A stretch of 64,000 nucleotides of DNA from positions 10,600 through 74,599 of the forward strand of contig DXJV01000001.1 in assembly GCA_019056785.1 (NCBI GenBank), read 5' to 3'. Positions 27,137-38,100 of this stretch are shown here, in pieces (the first letter of the stretch is position 1; every line of letters starts with the position of its first letter). Source of the stretch: Candidatus Heimdallarchaeota archaeon. GTDB lineage: Archaea; Asgardarchaeota; Heimdallarchaeia; JABLTI01. The position numbers were made by a program, and so were the translations under genes. The notes under the pieces were generated by a model. That model was given only the letters and a program-made list of their open reading frames with translations. It did not search any database and was not told the origin of the DNA.

Positions 27137-28789
27137 TTGGAGAAATTAATATTGAACAAGAAAGTGGTTTTTTCAATTGCAGTAATTGCTTTGATGCTAT
27201 TTCTTCCTATGTTCTCAGGGCAAGCAGTAGTCACACCTGACGATTTAAATGATTCTTCCCTTATAACTTCAGCAGGTGACGGTTCGACGGAGATCGCCCA
27301 ACCAGATGGAACATATGTTGTGAATGGGACAACAATTGAGGTAAATAGCATTAATAGCGATGAAACAGAAGTAATCTTAAACAACACTTACAAAGTACAT
27401 ATAACCCAAGCACCAAATGTGTTTCAAGCAGACTTCTATGAAATGTCCGGTGGTGGAGGACCACATATCGAAGCTGACACTCGAATATTGGGCGTCACAG
27501 TCGCAACATATGAGACAAATACAACAGTATCGGTCTATATCTCATCTTTTGGAGAAATAAAAATCATCAATAAGGGTCCTGACACGTGGATGGTTGAACT
27601 TCCAGATCTCGTCGTTCATTATGATGGTACAGTAAATTCACTTGTGATATTAACACCAGACTATGTGATAATTGTTGACGAACATCTCATAACGATAAAT
27701 TCTCCTTCCTATATGCCTATTGCTTTGGAAAAGTATGAAGAGCGTTTCTGGAGAATTCATGTTTTGGCCGGAATAATGAATGTCACATATTTCCCAACAC
27801 GTTATTTTGCTCCCAATGACAATCTCACTGTTACAGACGATCTTGGTAACGTTATTTTTGGTCCTGCAAAACCTGTGCCTTTTAACATCGTTAATCCAAC
27901 AGGTGTAACCTTCACATTTCAAGATGAAGTGTTGGTTATTTCATACCTCTATTGGACCGTTTCGTTCTATCCTGATTTCATCGTTCTTCAATACTTTGAC
28001 ATAGCAATTACTTTATACTTCGACTATTATGGCATCCTTGAGCGAGTTATAATTCTTATTCTAGACTTTACCTTTGTTTTCTACTACATCAATGTCCTCA
28101 TTGAACTTTATTTTGTCATCATTTACTATGACTTCGAAATAAAATTCTATTACACACAGGTCGTAATAGTATACCAAACGATAGAAATAGTGATCGTTTT
28201 TATCTCAATTACATTGTGGGAAATAACTATCATCTGGCATATTGATGTCTGGCTCATTCAAATTGTCATCCTTATCCAACTAAATGTTGTCATCGTTCAA
28301 CCTGTGAGACTTATCTTTATCCCCGTAATAGTCCCAATATTCATTCCAATTGTATATTATGTCCCTGTCTTTATCACAAACATAATTCAAGTGTACATAC
28401 CCTATGCTGCTTTACAAGTCTATATTGATGTCTATTCTCAAGAATTACGAAAACCAACGCACACTATTCAATACTTTGTCTATGATCAAACTGGTGCGCC
28501 AATCAATGATGCAACAGTAACAGTAGCTTACAATGGCACTGTTTATCCTGCGGCCTTCATTGCAAATGGTATTTATGAAGTCAACCTTCCAGCATCTGAC
28601 AAGAAAGAAACAATCACTGTTACAGCTATGAAAGATTGGTATCCTGATGGCATTCTCACTTATGACTTGAATGTTACATGGGTAACTGAGGTCGTTACAC
28701 AAAATACCCCCTTATACATCCTTCCAATAATCGCCTCGCTTGCATTCTTGGCAGTTGGTACAACCATTATCCGGAAAAGAAAGAGGTAA
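27137..28789 (+). CDS. Cell-surface protein with an extremely hydrophobic beta-rich central tract, Ig-like domain and C-terminal anchor
   Basis: Signal peptide; I/V/Y/F-dominated tract; YDQTGAPINDATVTV..NGIYEV domain; TPLYILP-TM-RKRKR. Confidence 0.8.
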   Translation: MEKLILNKKVVFSIAVIALMLFLPMFSGQAVVTPDDLNDSSLITSAGDGSTEIAQPDGTYVVNGTTIEVNSINSDETEVILNNTYKVHITQAPNVFQADFYEMSGGGGPHIEADTRILGVTVATYETNTTVSVYISSFGEIKIINKGPDTWMVELPDLVVHYDGTVNSLVILTPDYVIIVDEHLITINSPSYMPIALEKYEERFWRIHVLAGIMNVTYFPTRYFAPNDNLTVTDDLGNVIFGPAKPVPFNIVNPTGVTFTFQDEVLVISYLYWTVSFYPDFIVLQYFDIAITLYFDYYGILERVIILILDFTFVFYYINVLIELYFVIIYYDFEIKFYYTQVVIVYQTIEIVIVFISITLWEITIIWHIDVWLIQIVILIQLNVVIVQPVRLIFIPVIVPIFIPIVYYVPVFITNIIQVYIPYAALQVYIDVYSQELRKPTHTIQYFVYDQTGAPINDATVTVAYNGTVYPAAFIANGIYEVNLPASDKKETITVTAMKDWYPDGILTYDLNVTWVTEVVTQNTPLYILPIIASLAFLAVGTTIIRKRKR

Positions 28790-28884
28790 AACTCTTTTCT
28801 CCCTTTTTTTTCTTTTTTACTTTCTTACTTTAAAAAGAGCAAGCTTTTAATTTGAGCAGAGGAATGTGACAGCTTAAAAGAACA

Positions 28885-30018
28885 ATGCTCGTGAGAAAAA
28901 TGCAAGTCAGACAACCAACAGTTTTTATTGATAAAGCAAAAGTTTTGGCCAATATCGAACGAATGTGTAAAAAAGCTCAAAACAACAAAGTGCTTTTGCG
29001 CCCTCATTTTAAAACCCATCAATCAGCAACTATTGGTGAGTGGTTCAGGAAAGCAGGTGTCAAAGCAATCACTGTTTCTTCCGTTGAGATGGCTGAGTAC
29101 TTTGCCGAACATGGTTGGAACGACATTACAATTGCTTTCATTGTTAATGTCCAGCAAATCGAACAAATCAATGCTCTGGCAAACAAAATCACTTTGAATC
29201 TACTAGTTGATTCTTTTAATACGGTGGAGTTTTTAGACAAACACTTAACTGCGAATGTAAACCTCTGGATAAAAGTTGATACCGGTTACCATCGAACAGG
29301 CATTAATTGGGATGACGAGGCAACATTATCACATCTCATTCGCCGGATTAAGAACTGTGAGAAAATGCATTTCGAGGGGTTATTGACCCATAATGGGTTA
29401 ACTTACAATGCTAAATCTCGCGAGGAAATAAAAGACTTGCATGAAGATTCTATCATTAAATTAAAAGATATCCAAGAACGGTTGTTTTTGCAAGGTTTTT
29501 CCATCGTTAAACTATCTATTGGTGACACTCCGGCTTGCAGTGTGGTTGAAGATTTTAAAGGTATCAATGAAATACGTCCTGGTAATTTCGTTTTTTATGA
29601 TGTTATGCAATTAAAATTAGGTTCCTGCACAGAAGAACAAATTGCTATGGCAGTAGCTTGCCCAGTTGTGGGAAAATACCCGGAACGGAACGAATTGGTA
29701 ATCTATGGAGGAGCAGTTCATCTTTCAAAAGAGTATGTTAGTGGTTTTTTTGGTAATGAGATTAATTATGGATTAATAGCTTTTCCGAAAGAGAAAGGCT
29801 GGGGAAAAATCGAACAAAACGTCTACCTTGCAAAGCTTTCACAAGAACATGGCATTATTTCTGCTCCAAAAGATTTTATTGAAAAAATTCATGTTGGCGA
29901 CATTCTTTTTGTTTTACCAATTCATTCTTGTCTTACAGGTAATCTCCATCAGCATTATTTTACTTTAGATTCAAAGGAAATTACAACAATTAAAAGAAAT
30001 AAGAGAAACCAAGTATAA
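28885..30018 (+). CDS. PLP fold-III enzyme (D-threonine aldolase/D-serine dehydratase-like)
   Basis: LRPHFKTH, DTGYHRTG, GDTP, EIRPGNFVFYD, SQEHG, P.HSC. Confidence 0.88.
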   Translation: MLVRKMQVRQPTVFIDKAKVLANIERMCKKAQNNKVLLRPHFKTHQSATIGEWFRKAGVKAITVSSVEMAEYFAEHGWNDITIAFIVNVQQIEQINALANKITLNLLVDSFNTVEFLDKHLTANVNLWIKVDTGYHRTGINWDDEATLSHLIRRIKNCEKMHFEGLLTHNGLTYNAKSREEIKDLHEDSIIKLKDIQERLFLQGFSIVKLSIGDTPACSVVEDFKGINEIRPGNFVFYDVMQLKLGSCTEEQIAMAVACPVVGKYPERNELVIYGGAVHLSKEYVSGFFGNEINYGLIAFPKEKGWGKIEQNVYLAKLSQEHGIISAPKDFIEKIHVGDILFVLPIHSCLTGNLHQHYFTLDSKEITTIKRNKRNQV

Positions 30019-30031
30019 GAAATGCTTGGCG

Positions 30032-30643
30032 TTATTTAATATCAATTTGTGCTTTACAAATTGGACAATGTTGCTTGGAAGAAAGCCATTCGATTAAATG
30101 GTCGTCATGGAAGAGAGTATAGCAATTGGGGCACTGGAGGACGAGGTCATCTTTTGTTAAGATTAGTTTGCAAATGCCACAAGTCTGTTCTTCCAATGTT
30201 CCTCTGTAAATTAACGGGGCAATTTTCTGCCAATCGACTTCGTAGGTTTCAGCTTGTTCCTGCAAGCGTATTTGTGAATTCTCTTCAACCTGTTTTGGTA
30301 TCTTTAATGGTGAGTCATCAATTGCTTCTGAGGATTGATACGGTGCTGCTAATTTGGTAGAAGAAACTCTCTCTCCGGATGGCGTTTGTTTCTTTAAAGC
30401 ACTGAATGCTCCTGTAAAAGTCGCTATTGTGGTAAATATTACGACTATGATAAATACAGACATGCCAATGCCACCAACTATCACAAATGGTAAATACGTT
30501 TTAAAATCCATTAAGCGATTAAAATCTCCGCCAATTAATCCAACTCTAATTACCAATGCAATTCCTGATAAGATAACAAGCCCAAAACTGATAAAACCAA
30601 TAATTAACGGAATTGAAAAACGTACAGTTTTTTTTGTCTTCAA
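30032..30643 (-). CDS. 2-TM membrane protein with C-terminal RING-variant finger (putative E3 ligase)
   Basis: CGIC..CPNC...H..H...W......CPIC after two TM helices. Confidence 0.8.
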   Translation of the reverse strand: MKTKKTVRFSIPLIIGFISFGLVILSGIALVIRVGLIGGDFNRLMDFKTYLPFVIVGGIGMSVFIIVVIFTTIATFTGAFSALKKQTPSGERVSSTKLAAPYQSSEAIDDSPLKIPKQVEENSQIRLQEQAETYEVDWQKIAPLIYRGTLEEQTCGICKLILTKDDLVLQCPNCYTLFHDDHLIEWLSSKQHCPICKAQIDIK

Positions 30644-30789
30644 TTTAGTTCCTATTGATGATTATTTTTTAATTATTAAAACCTTTGTAAAAATAACATA
30701 GGCATAAAAATAGAATTAAAAGTAGTCAAAAAAGGCGTTTAAAATTTTGTCGAAAGAAATTTCAATAAAAAAGAAAAAAAAAGAAGTTA

Positions 30790-31692
30790 TTATTCGCTAA
30801 CTTCTTGTACCTGAATGGCTGCTTTTTTAATATCATGAGAAGAACTGAAGGAATAAATAATATGCATGCCTTCTCGTTCTTTCATGGTTCGTACAATCCA
30901 GGCTTTTCCGCGAATTCTTTTCTTTAACCAATCTGGTAAGATCCAACCGAGATAGCCAAAGATCAGCCGTAAAATTGTTGCCGCTAATCGCAAGGCTTGT
31001 AAGAAAAGCATTGCTTTTGAATTCGAATAAATACTTGGGAGGTAAAACAGCACGAGTACAACGGTACTTCCTATCAGAGAAACAATACTTATGTCAATGT
31101 ACAATATTCCTCTTTTTGGCACCGGTTCGGTTATTTTCCTATCAATAATAACAACATTGTAGCTAATTCTTAGCAAGACAAAGATAAGTAATGGAATAAA
31201 CAATACGAGTGAAAGAGCTGCTACCGGCGCAAAAATCTCAATGTTCGTATTTGGCAATAAGAAGAGGTCACTTGTATTAATATACAAGTCCTCTCCAAGT
31301 AATAACTCTGAAAACATGGTAGTAGTAACTACTGCGATTGTTTCACTGAGGAACACACCCATGAGTGATTTGACAAAGTCATTGTCCTTGAGAATATGTC
31401 GTGTGGAAAAGAAATAGAAGAATAAGATACTTAAGGCATACAAGTTCAAGAATAGTATTTGGAAAATTCCTGAGAGATTTTTTGAACTAATATTAAAAGC
31501 CTCAAACCAATAGGATAGTGTATTTGCACCCTCTCCTAAACCGAGTAAAGTAAAAGTGAACAATAAAAATGCTGTACCAAGAGTCTTTTTCTTGATAAAA
31601 GCATAAAGCAAGAATAATGCATAACTAATTGCGAAAATCCCAAGAAACAAAGAGGTAATGAGATAAAACCATGTTTGACCTGTAAGTGCCAT
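30790..31692 (-). CDS. Seven-transmembrane protein with cytoplasmic tail
   Basis: Seven hydrophobic segments ending GYLGWILPDWLKKR. Confidence 0.7.
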   Translation of the reverse strand: MALTGQTWFYLITSLFLGIFAISYALFLLYAFIKKKTLGTAFLLFTFTLLGLGEGANTLSYWFEAFNISSKNLSGIFQILFLNLYALSILFFYFFSTRHILKDNDFVKSLMGVFLSETIAVVTTTMFSELLLGEDLYINTSDLFLLPNTNIEIFAPVAALSLVLFIPLLIFVLLRISYNVVIIDRKITEPVPKRGILYIDISIVSLIGSTVVLVLFYLPSIYSNSKAMLFLQALRLAATILRLIFGYLGWILPDWLKKRIRGKAWIVRTMKEREGMHIIYSFSSSHDIKKAAIQVQEVSE

Positions 31693-31696
31693 TTTT

Positions 31697-32230
31697 TCAT
31701 TCTCCTAAAATTTTTATGAACCAAGACATTGATTCAAAAATACCTTCACCTGTTTTAGCTGAAGTTTCAAAGACTGCCCACGTGATTTTTAAATTTGGGT
31801 CCATTAAACCAAAATCGCCGACAAATTATACACGTTCCATCCTATCGGGCAGATTAATTTTACTAAGAATTATCAACAATACCGGAATTTCAGGATTGAT
31901 TTGGTTTTTAATTATGTTGTGGAAAATTTCCTTTGTCTCTTCAAACCAGAGATAATCTGTGCTATCTACAACATAAATAAGTGCATTTGTTTTTTCATTG
32001 ATATCTGTTCATAGAGGCCGAAAATCTTCTCCTCCCAAATCAAAAATATGGATGTCTAAATTTGGAAAGCTAATTGTTTTACGATTCAATCCCATTGTTG
32101 GTGCTGTTTCTTTGAATTCTTCTTCGATTAAATAGTTTAAATAAGTAGTTTTCACTGCTTTGTCCAAGCCGCAAATTGTTAGATTAACTGGTTTCGACTT
32201 GCGTCTGAAGAGCCTGCGGAGAAATACCAT
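31697..32230 (-). pseudogene. Arf-family small GTPase pseudogene
   Basis: The reading frame continues past the 73-aa ORF: RPL*TDINEKTNALIYVVDST..SKIN..RV*..ETSAKTGEGIFESMSWF. In-frame TGA at 32009-32011 and TAA at 31826-31828; G1, G3 and G4 also damaged. Confidence 0.88.
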
Positions 32231-32257
32231 TTGTCTCTTGCCCCCTCCTCTTACTTG

Positions 32258-32758
32258 CTATCTCCAAATGTCGTCTTTAACAGACTCGAGAAATTCTTCA
32301 CCTCGATCTTTCTTTTTCTTTTTTGAATCGTCATCAAAGTTGAATTCTAAGGTGACAACAGAACTGATTTTAATCTTAACTTTCCCTTTTTTGAGACCTT
32401 CCAACATACTTGACAGAATCTTAGAGAAGGTATTGGTATCGCTCATGTTGTATCTTTGAAGTTCCATGATCGTGGAGAAGAATTTCCGAACAGTATCACG
32501 GTCATAATTTGGATTGTCGTAGATAGCCACTAAGGAGGCAATGTTCTGCCGTTCATCACTGGGAACCGAGAAAATAAAGCACTCTATTTGATAGCCTTCT
32601 ACTGTACTAGAGGCAAAATCACCTGCTTTGGCACTAAGGGGCATACTCTTCAAGACAATTTCATTCAAAATAATATTGGGTATGGTATCAGGGACAACTG
32701 TGACAAGTTCAAGCCCAGACTTTCCAATGCTCGTTAAACAAAGGTTTGTTGGTTTCAA
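32258..32758 (-). CDS. uDENN/longin-like domain protein
   Basis: N-terminal strand-G.EL...P, helix ending SMP, FIFSVP..ER..IASLV pattern as recalled for Asgard uDENN proteins. Confidence 0.5.
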   Translation of the reverse strand: MKPTNLCLTSIGKSGLELVTVVPDTIPNIILNEIVLKSMPLSAKAGDFASSTVEGYQIECFIFSVPSDERQNIASLVAIYDNPNYDRDTVRKFFSTIMELQRYNMSDTNTFSKILSSMLEGLKKGKVKIKISSVVTLEFNFDDDSKKKKKDRGEEFLESVKDDIWR

Positions 32759-33042
32759 AAAACCCCTTACAAAATGATTTTCTTGTAAAACACTCGTTTT
32801 TAAGTTTTAAAGGAAATTGTTTAGGCAAATGAAAAGCATTTTAAGCAAGTTATTTAGTAGAAAAAGAATAAATGTACTTCAAAACAGCAACTTTTCTTTG
32901 ACTTTTTTTTGGGAAAAATACGTTTTTTTAATGATTTTAGTTTCAAAACTATTTTGAAACAATTATTAGAGAATATTCATTTATTTTTTTGACCTTATTT
33001 AATGTGAACACTGGAGATAGTAAGTAAAAAGGAGGAAAAGAA

Positions 33043-35178
33043 ATGGTCAAACAAAAACAAACAATCCTTTTGGTAAGTCTAATAGTCATTTCAAGTTTTT
33101 TTTTGTGTTTTAGTATACAGAGAAATTCCAGTGGGGTATCTGCTTTTGACTATCCTGTTACTCGCAGCCAGGAAGACCTTACAATTGAGTTCACCACAAA
33201 CCAATCTGGCATTGGAAAAGACAGTGGTGCTTTAGGAACCTTGGTCCTAAGAAATAATGGTGCAAATGCCATTGGGAACATCGCTATTGACTTTGGTCTT
33301 AATGGGAAATACGTAGAAATAACTACTAGTTATGCTCAGCATCAAGAGCTAAGCCTGTTAAACCCCGGCTATTCTGAAACATTCAATATCGAAGTTGGAT
33401 TAAACAAGTCAGAATTTACCGGTGAGGAACCATTAAACATGGTAGATCTTTGTCTCGTCTTTGATAGTAGCGGTTCAATGGGTGAGGAAATCGAGGCTGT
33501 AAAAAATGCGTTCTTAGACATTGTAAGCAATTTAACTGAACAGATCGATTCTCTCCAAATTGGTGCTATTGCCTATGGTTGGGCGAAATACTCGGAATAT
33601 CCACAAGAAAGTCCAAACAATTACGTTCCCTTTACCGAAGACTTTGATTGGGTGAATGATTTTATTAATAGCCTTTATCCTGCAGGAGGGACCGAACCGT
33701 GGGGAGACGCTCTCTACCTGGCAAATAGCTGGAATTGGCGCCCGGATGCAAACAAACTTCTCATAATTGTTGGAGATGAGGATTGCGACCCGGGTAAAAT
33801 TGTTGGGGCCGGTTCTTCCGGTTCTTATTATAATGGTTCACAATTGGTGGAGGTCGTTGAAAACCTGAAGGCAAAAGAGGTCAAGATTAATTCAGTTCGT
33901 ACAGGAAATGAAGCAATTTTCGTTAATCAATTCACATGGATAGCTGAAGCCACAGAAGGTATAAGTGTAGATCTTGAGGAGCTTCAAAATGGCGATCCAC
34001 CGATCACTCTGCCTGAGCTAATTGAATCATGGACCTTGGAACTCAAGCGAGAATACTATATCTATCTTTATGCTAATATTACTTGGACAGAATTTGATGT
34101 GGGAGGAGATATTACTTATTCCACCCAAAAAGGACTTTATTTGTTATTTGATGTTGCTCCACCTTTTATTAGCGTTTCAACATTAGTAATAGCAAATCCT
34201 GATTCCACATTTACATTTCAAATCTATGCAACAGTCAAAGATTTATCAGGCATCGCTACGACCAGTATTTACTGGACCTTTGATGACCTAGACGGTGGGT
34301 CCGAACCTCTCTGGCATTTTGAGATTTTAAGTAATATTTCCAATCATGTCTATTTGAAAGAATTAACAGGGTTAGCTCTCGGGGAAAACCTTTCGTTTTA
34401 TTTTGTTGCATTTGATTCATTATACAATCGCGGAGAAAGCCAGATATACAACTGCACAGTGGAAATTCAAAAAAATGTCTTTGGGACAACAACAACAGTC
34501 TTCTTTCCGGCTAATAATACAATGGTCGCCCTCTATTTCGACTTAGCGAAAAAGTCGTATGGGTATTTGAGACTTGATAATTTTATTGGTAGCTATTCAC
34601 TTTTGCCAAATTCAAACTTCACTCTTGAAACCAAATTTGTCAGTGAAGATAAGCAAATCGTTCGTGTGATTAAAACGGGTTTAGAGGATTTCGCAGTAAT
34701 CACCTTTGTTGGCAATACAACAACTGACCCAACAATAATCTTCTGGAACTTCGATATTTTCTTAATAGAGGAAGAATTAAATGGCTATAGTTCCTATTTC
34801 GATGCTAAAAGAACAAACCTTTTGATTCGTGTTGAAATTAGCAATGAAAATCAACTCTGCTTGGTTAGAATTGATCCAGAGCTCATAGCAGTTGTCAAAG
34901 TCTTCGATGAAAATTGGAATTACATCGGAAAAGCCAGTTTCACAGAAGCGTTAACACTAGTAGAAGGGACTTATTATCTTTGGGCGTATAATGTCTTACG
35001 AGATGGATCCTTTAAATTCTATTTCGGGAATGATCCCCCCCTAGAAACAGATAACTATTATAACCAGGTGCCAATTCCATTCCCGATACTTCTTCTTATC
35101 GTTATTCTCACACTAAGTGGGTTTTCCCTCTTTAATCGAAGAAAGAAGCACCGGGGAAAATATAAACAAAGGATTTAG
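33043..35178 (+). CDS. Membrane-anchored vWA (MIDAS) protein with Ig-like domains
   Basis: Signal peptide; VDLCLVFDSSGSM, GGTEPWGDAL, WRPDANKLLIIVGDE; C-terminal TM and basic tail. Confidence 0.88.
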   Translation: MVKQKQTILLVSLIVISSFFLCFSIQRNSSGVSAFDYPVTRSQEDLTIEFTTNQSGIGKDSGALGTLVLRNNGANAIGNIAIDFGLNGKYVEITTSYAQHQELSLLNPGYSETFNIEVGLNKSEFTGEEPLNMVDLCLVFDSSGSMGEEIEAVKNAFLDIVSNLTEQIDSLQIGAIAYGWAKYSEYPQESPNNYVPFTEDFDWVNDFINSLYPAGGTEPWGDALYLANSWNWRPDANKLLIIVGDEDCDPGKIVGAGSSGSYYNGSQLVEVVENLKAKEVKINSVRTGNEAIFVNQFTWIAEATEGISVDLEELQNGDPPITLPELIESWTLELKREYYIYLYANITWTEFDVGGDITYSTQKGLYLLFDVAPPFISVSTLVIANPDSTFTFQIYATVKDLSGIATTSIYWTFDDLDGGSEPLWHFEILSNISNHVYLKELTGLALGENLSFYFVAFDSLYNRGESQIYNCTVEIQKNVFGTTTTVFFPANNTMVALYFDLAKKSYGYLRLDNFIGSYSLLPNSNFTLETKFVSEDKQIVRVIKTGLEDFAVITFVGNTTTDPTIIFWNFDIFLIEEELNGYSSYFDAKRTNLLIRVEISNENQLCLVRIDPELIAVVKVFDENWNYIGKASFTEALTLVEGTYYLWAYNVLRDGSFKFYFGNDPPLETDNYYNQVPIPFPILLLIVILTLSGFSLFNRRKKHRGKYKQRI

Positions 35179-35189
35179 GAGGAACAAAA

Positions 35190-38100
35190 GTGTTACGTCG
35201 GAAATTGCAGCGATATGTCATAATAACCAGCACTATCTTAGTCATCCTATTAGTTGCAACAATAACAACTTATGCGTTTCAAAAGGACCAAAAATTAACG
35301 AATCCACAATTAGTGGAAGATTATTCGTATACATTAATTGACAACACTTCTTTCAATTTTTCTACCATTGAATTTGAGAGCATTAATTATAATAGTTCAA
35401 TGACTGTTGTTGATGTTCTCTCGATTGATGATTCTCTAACTAGCCCTCCGAATCTAATCATGGTTTATGGTTCAAAAGAAAATACTACAGGGTATCAGCA
35501 TGGATTCATTGAGCTTTATGCTGTAAGCCAAGTTGGCTACCAAGCGGCGCTCCAAAAAGTGGCGGGATTCCTTGATGCTTCCCTAGACAATGAGACAGTA
35601 TTCCAAAAAGGATGTTATTTTATCAATAACATTAATGACCTTTTCTTCTATATGTTAAAGCAGAAAGGTCCGGATTATTTTATTGATATATTGGCTTATC
35701 AGAATCAGCACTTGGAATTAAACGCCTCCATCCCAATTAACTCTTTACTGTTAGAAGAAACATGGGATTTTGCTGTCATGGATAAAGAACCGGACAAACT
35801 TGTCAATCTCTTTCTGGTCGGGCAAAATCAAACCACACATAAAATTTCCTTAGTAGAGTTTCAGTTAAATGTGACAACCACAAACATGAATTATATTCAA
35901 TCATTTTCTTGGGATTTTCAAGGAAAAACCTTTGTTGATTTACAGACAACCTTGGAAGCTGACGCTGCGTACTTCTATCTTTGTAGCGTGGGAACGAGTC
36001 CAGCTTTATATACTTCCATGACTGTTTTTTCAGTTCAAAAAACCCTAGAAAGCTCCCTCACACTGGTAAGTAATAACAGCTATACTTATGGGGGCAATTC
36101 TTTCAGAGCTTACTCAACAAAATTCTTGTCAAGAGCTAACACCGGGCACAAACAGCTAGCATTGTTTGGAACATTAATTATCGATGGTGTAGATAGCTAT
36201 CCTTATTGTCTAATTCTCTCCTATACAAATGGCGTTCCAACAGCAGCGGAGGGAATACAACTGGAGCAAACGCCTAGTTGGTGTTTAACAGGTTTTATTG
36301 CTGATTTAAACTATGACAGCGAAAGAGAACTTGTGCTTTTCACATATGACTTTGTTTATCATCAGCGAAGTGAGTTTACACTTCTTTCTAACACCACTAA
36401 GCAAGAACTTACTAGCGGTTTGTACTCTTTTTCACAAGTCAAAAGCAGCGCTTTGTTAACAATTGAGGGGTTGAGTATAAGCGCCATCTTAGCTAAAGAC
36501 TCGAGTCAAAACGATGTTTTAGTTTTTCACAAACTCGGGTTTACACCCTTTAAATTACGAGCAAATTCTGAATTATTGCAAATTAATGCTCTAAACAGTT
36601 TACTCTTAGAAAGCTATGGCATAAATGGTACACCTATTACGGTCTCAAATGCAATTACTAATTTTGCTGTACATGGGGTGGTGAATTTAGACACAACTAT
36701 AACAATAATGCCTTCAATAATAACCTTAGAAATACCTAGCGTTGCTCACTCGAGTGATCTTTTACAGTTCTCTATTGATATCTTTCAAAATTCGTTCGTT
36801 ATTTACAGTAAAACATTTTATGTGTCGTTGGGATATGTGCCAAAGATAACTGTGATTGCCCCAGGGTCACCAATAGCAATCCGTTTGAATGAGTCTAAAA
36901 CCGAGATTTTTGAATTTTTAGTAAACAATCAACTGCCGGTTACTTTAATCGGTGAAATTTCTATTATTAGTTCGCAAAGAACAAAGACTACCCAAATCAA
37001 TTGTTTGCCAGCCGAAGAGACCGAAATAGGCATCAACTTCAATTTTGCAAAGCCTGTCGGAACAAAACAAGCAGTTGAGAATCTATCAATTCTAATTAAA
37101 ACTCAAATTGGAACTTTCAGATTCCAATATGCTGTAGTAGTTTCAACTGGTTTGACAATTGGCTATATGGATCTAACAGCAATAACGGTTACTTTACTCC
37201 TTATAACAACGATAGGTTATTTAGCTTTTGTTTTTGCCATCTCTCGAGAGACAGAAGAAAGTCTCGAAGCCTATTACTTGTTAAAGGAACCCAAGAAGCT
37301 GGAGTTCAAAAGATTTGAAAAACAAGCACAAAGACATTTGCTTCAAAAATGCCTTCAGAATAAAAACTGGCAAGTGGGGTTGGAATTAGCAAAGGCTCGT
37401 TACCCCGAGTACGTTGCGAAATTCCTAAAGTTCAAAGCAGACGAACAATTACTCATGGCTCAAAAGCTTCTCCAGAATGGAGAATTTATCAAAGGTTTAT
37501 CCCATTTGGAATCTGCTCGCGAAGCTCTAGAAATGATCCGTTCCAAACCAATCGTTGAGCTCCTTGATGGGTTCATTATACCCTTAAAGAAGCTCTTAGA
37601 TGCTATAGAACATATGAAAGGGTTAGAGAAAGTTGCCATGCTCAAAGATGCTTTTCAGAAGTTGCTGCGATTACGTAAAAAGAAAGAAGAAGAGAAAAAA
37701 GGAGAAGAGGAAGCGTTTTCCTTAAAAGAATTCCCATTCTATCTTATCGCCAAAGAATTAGCTGTTGCTTTCAAAGAAAATGGTGACTTGGAAAATGCAT
37801 TGAATTTCTTGCAAATCGCATATCAGGACGCTCCCAATGGGAAGAAAAATGACATCGTGCTGGAAATCACAGACCTTATTCGCCTCGGATTAAAGCCGAA
37901 AGAACTAACAATTCCAGATGATTTTGAGGTAATAAAAGAGCGGTTAAAGAATAAAAAAATAATGTGCTTTAATTGCGGGTTCAAATACTTTGACTCTGAA
38001 CCAACTTGTCCGCAGTGTGGTACCGGAACAGTTAAATGTTCTGTTTGTAAACTGCCGATTTCTTTTGGTTCTTTAACACTCGAGTGCCCTCATTGTCATA

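Noticed and set aside
31686-31955. 89-aa + strand ORF
   Set aside because: It is the antisense shadow of the 3' half of the Arf pseudogene.
32009-32011. TGA read-through (Sec or Trp recoding) rescuing the Arf gene
   Set aside because: A second in-frame TAA and damaged G1/G3/G4 motifs are also present, and TGA serves as a normal stop in other genes here.
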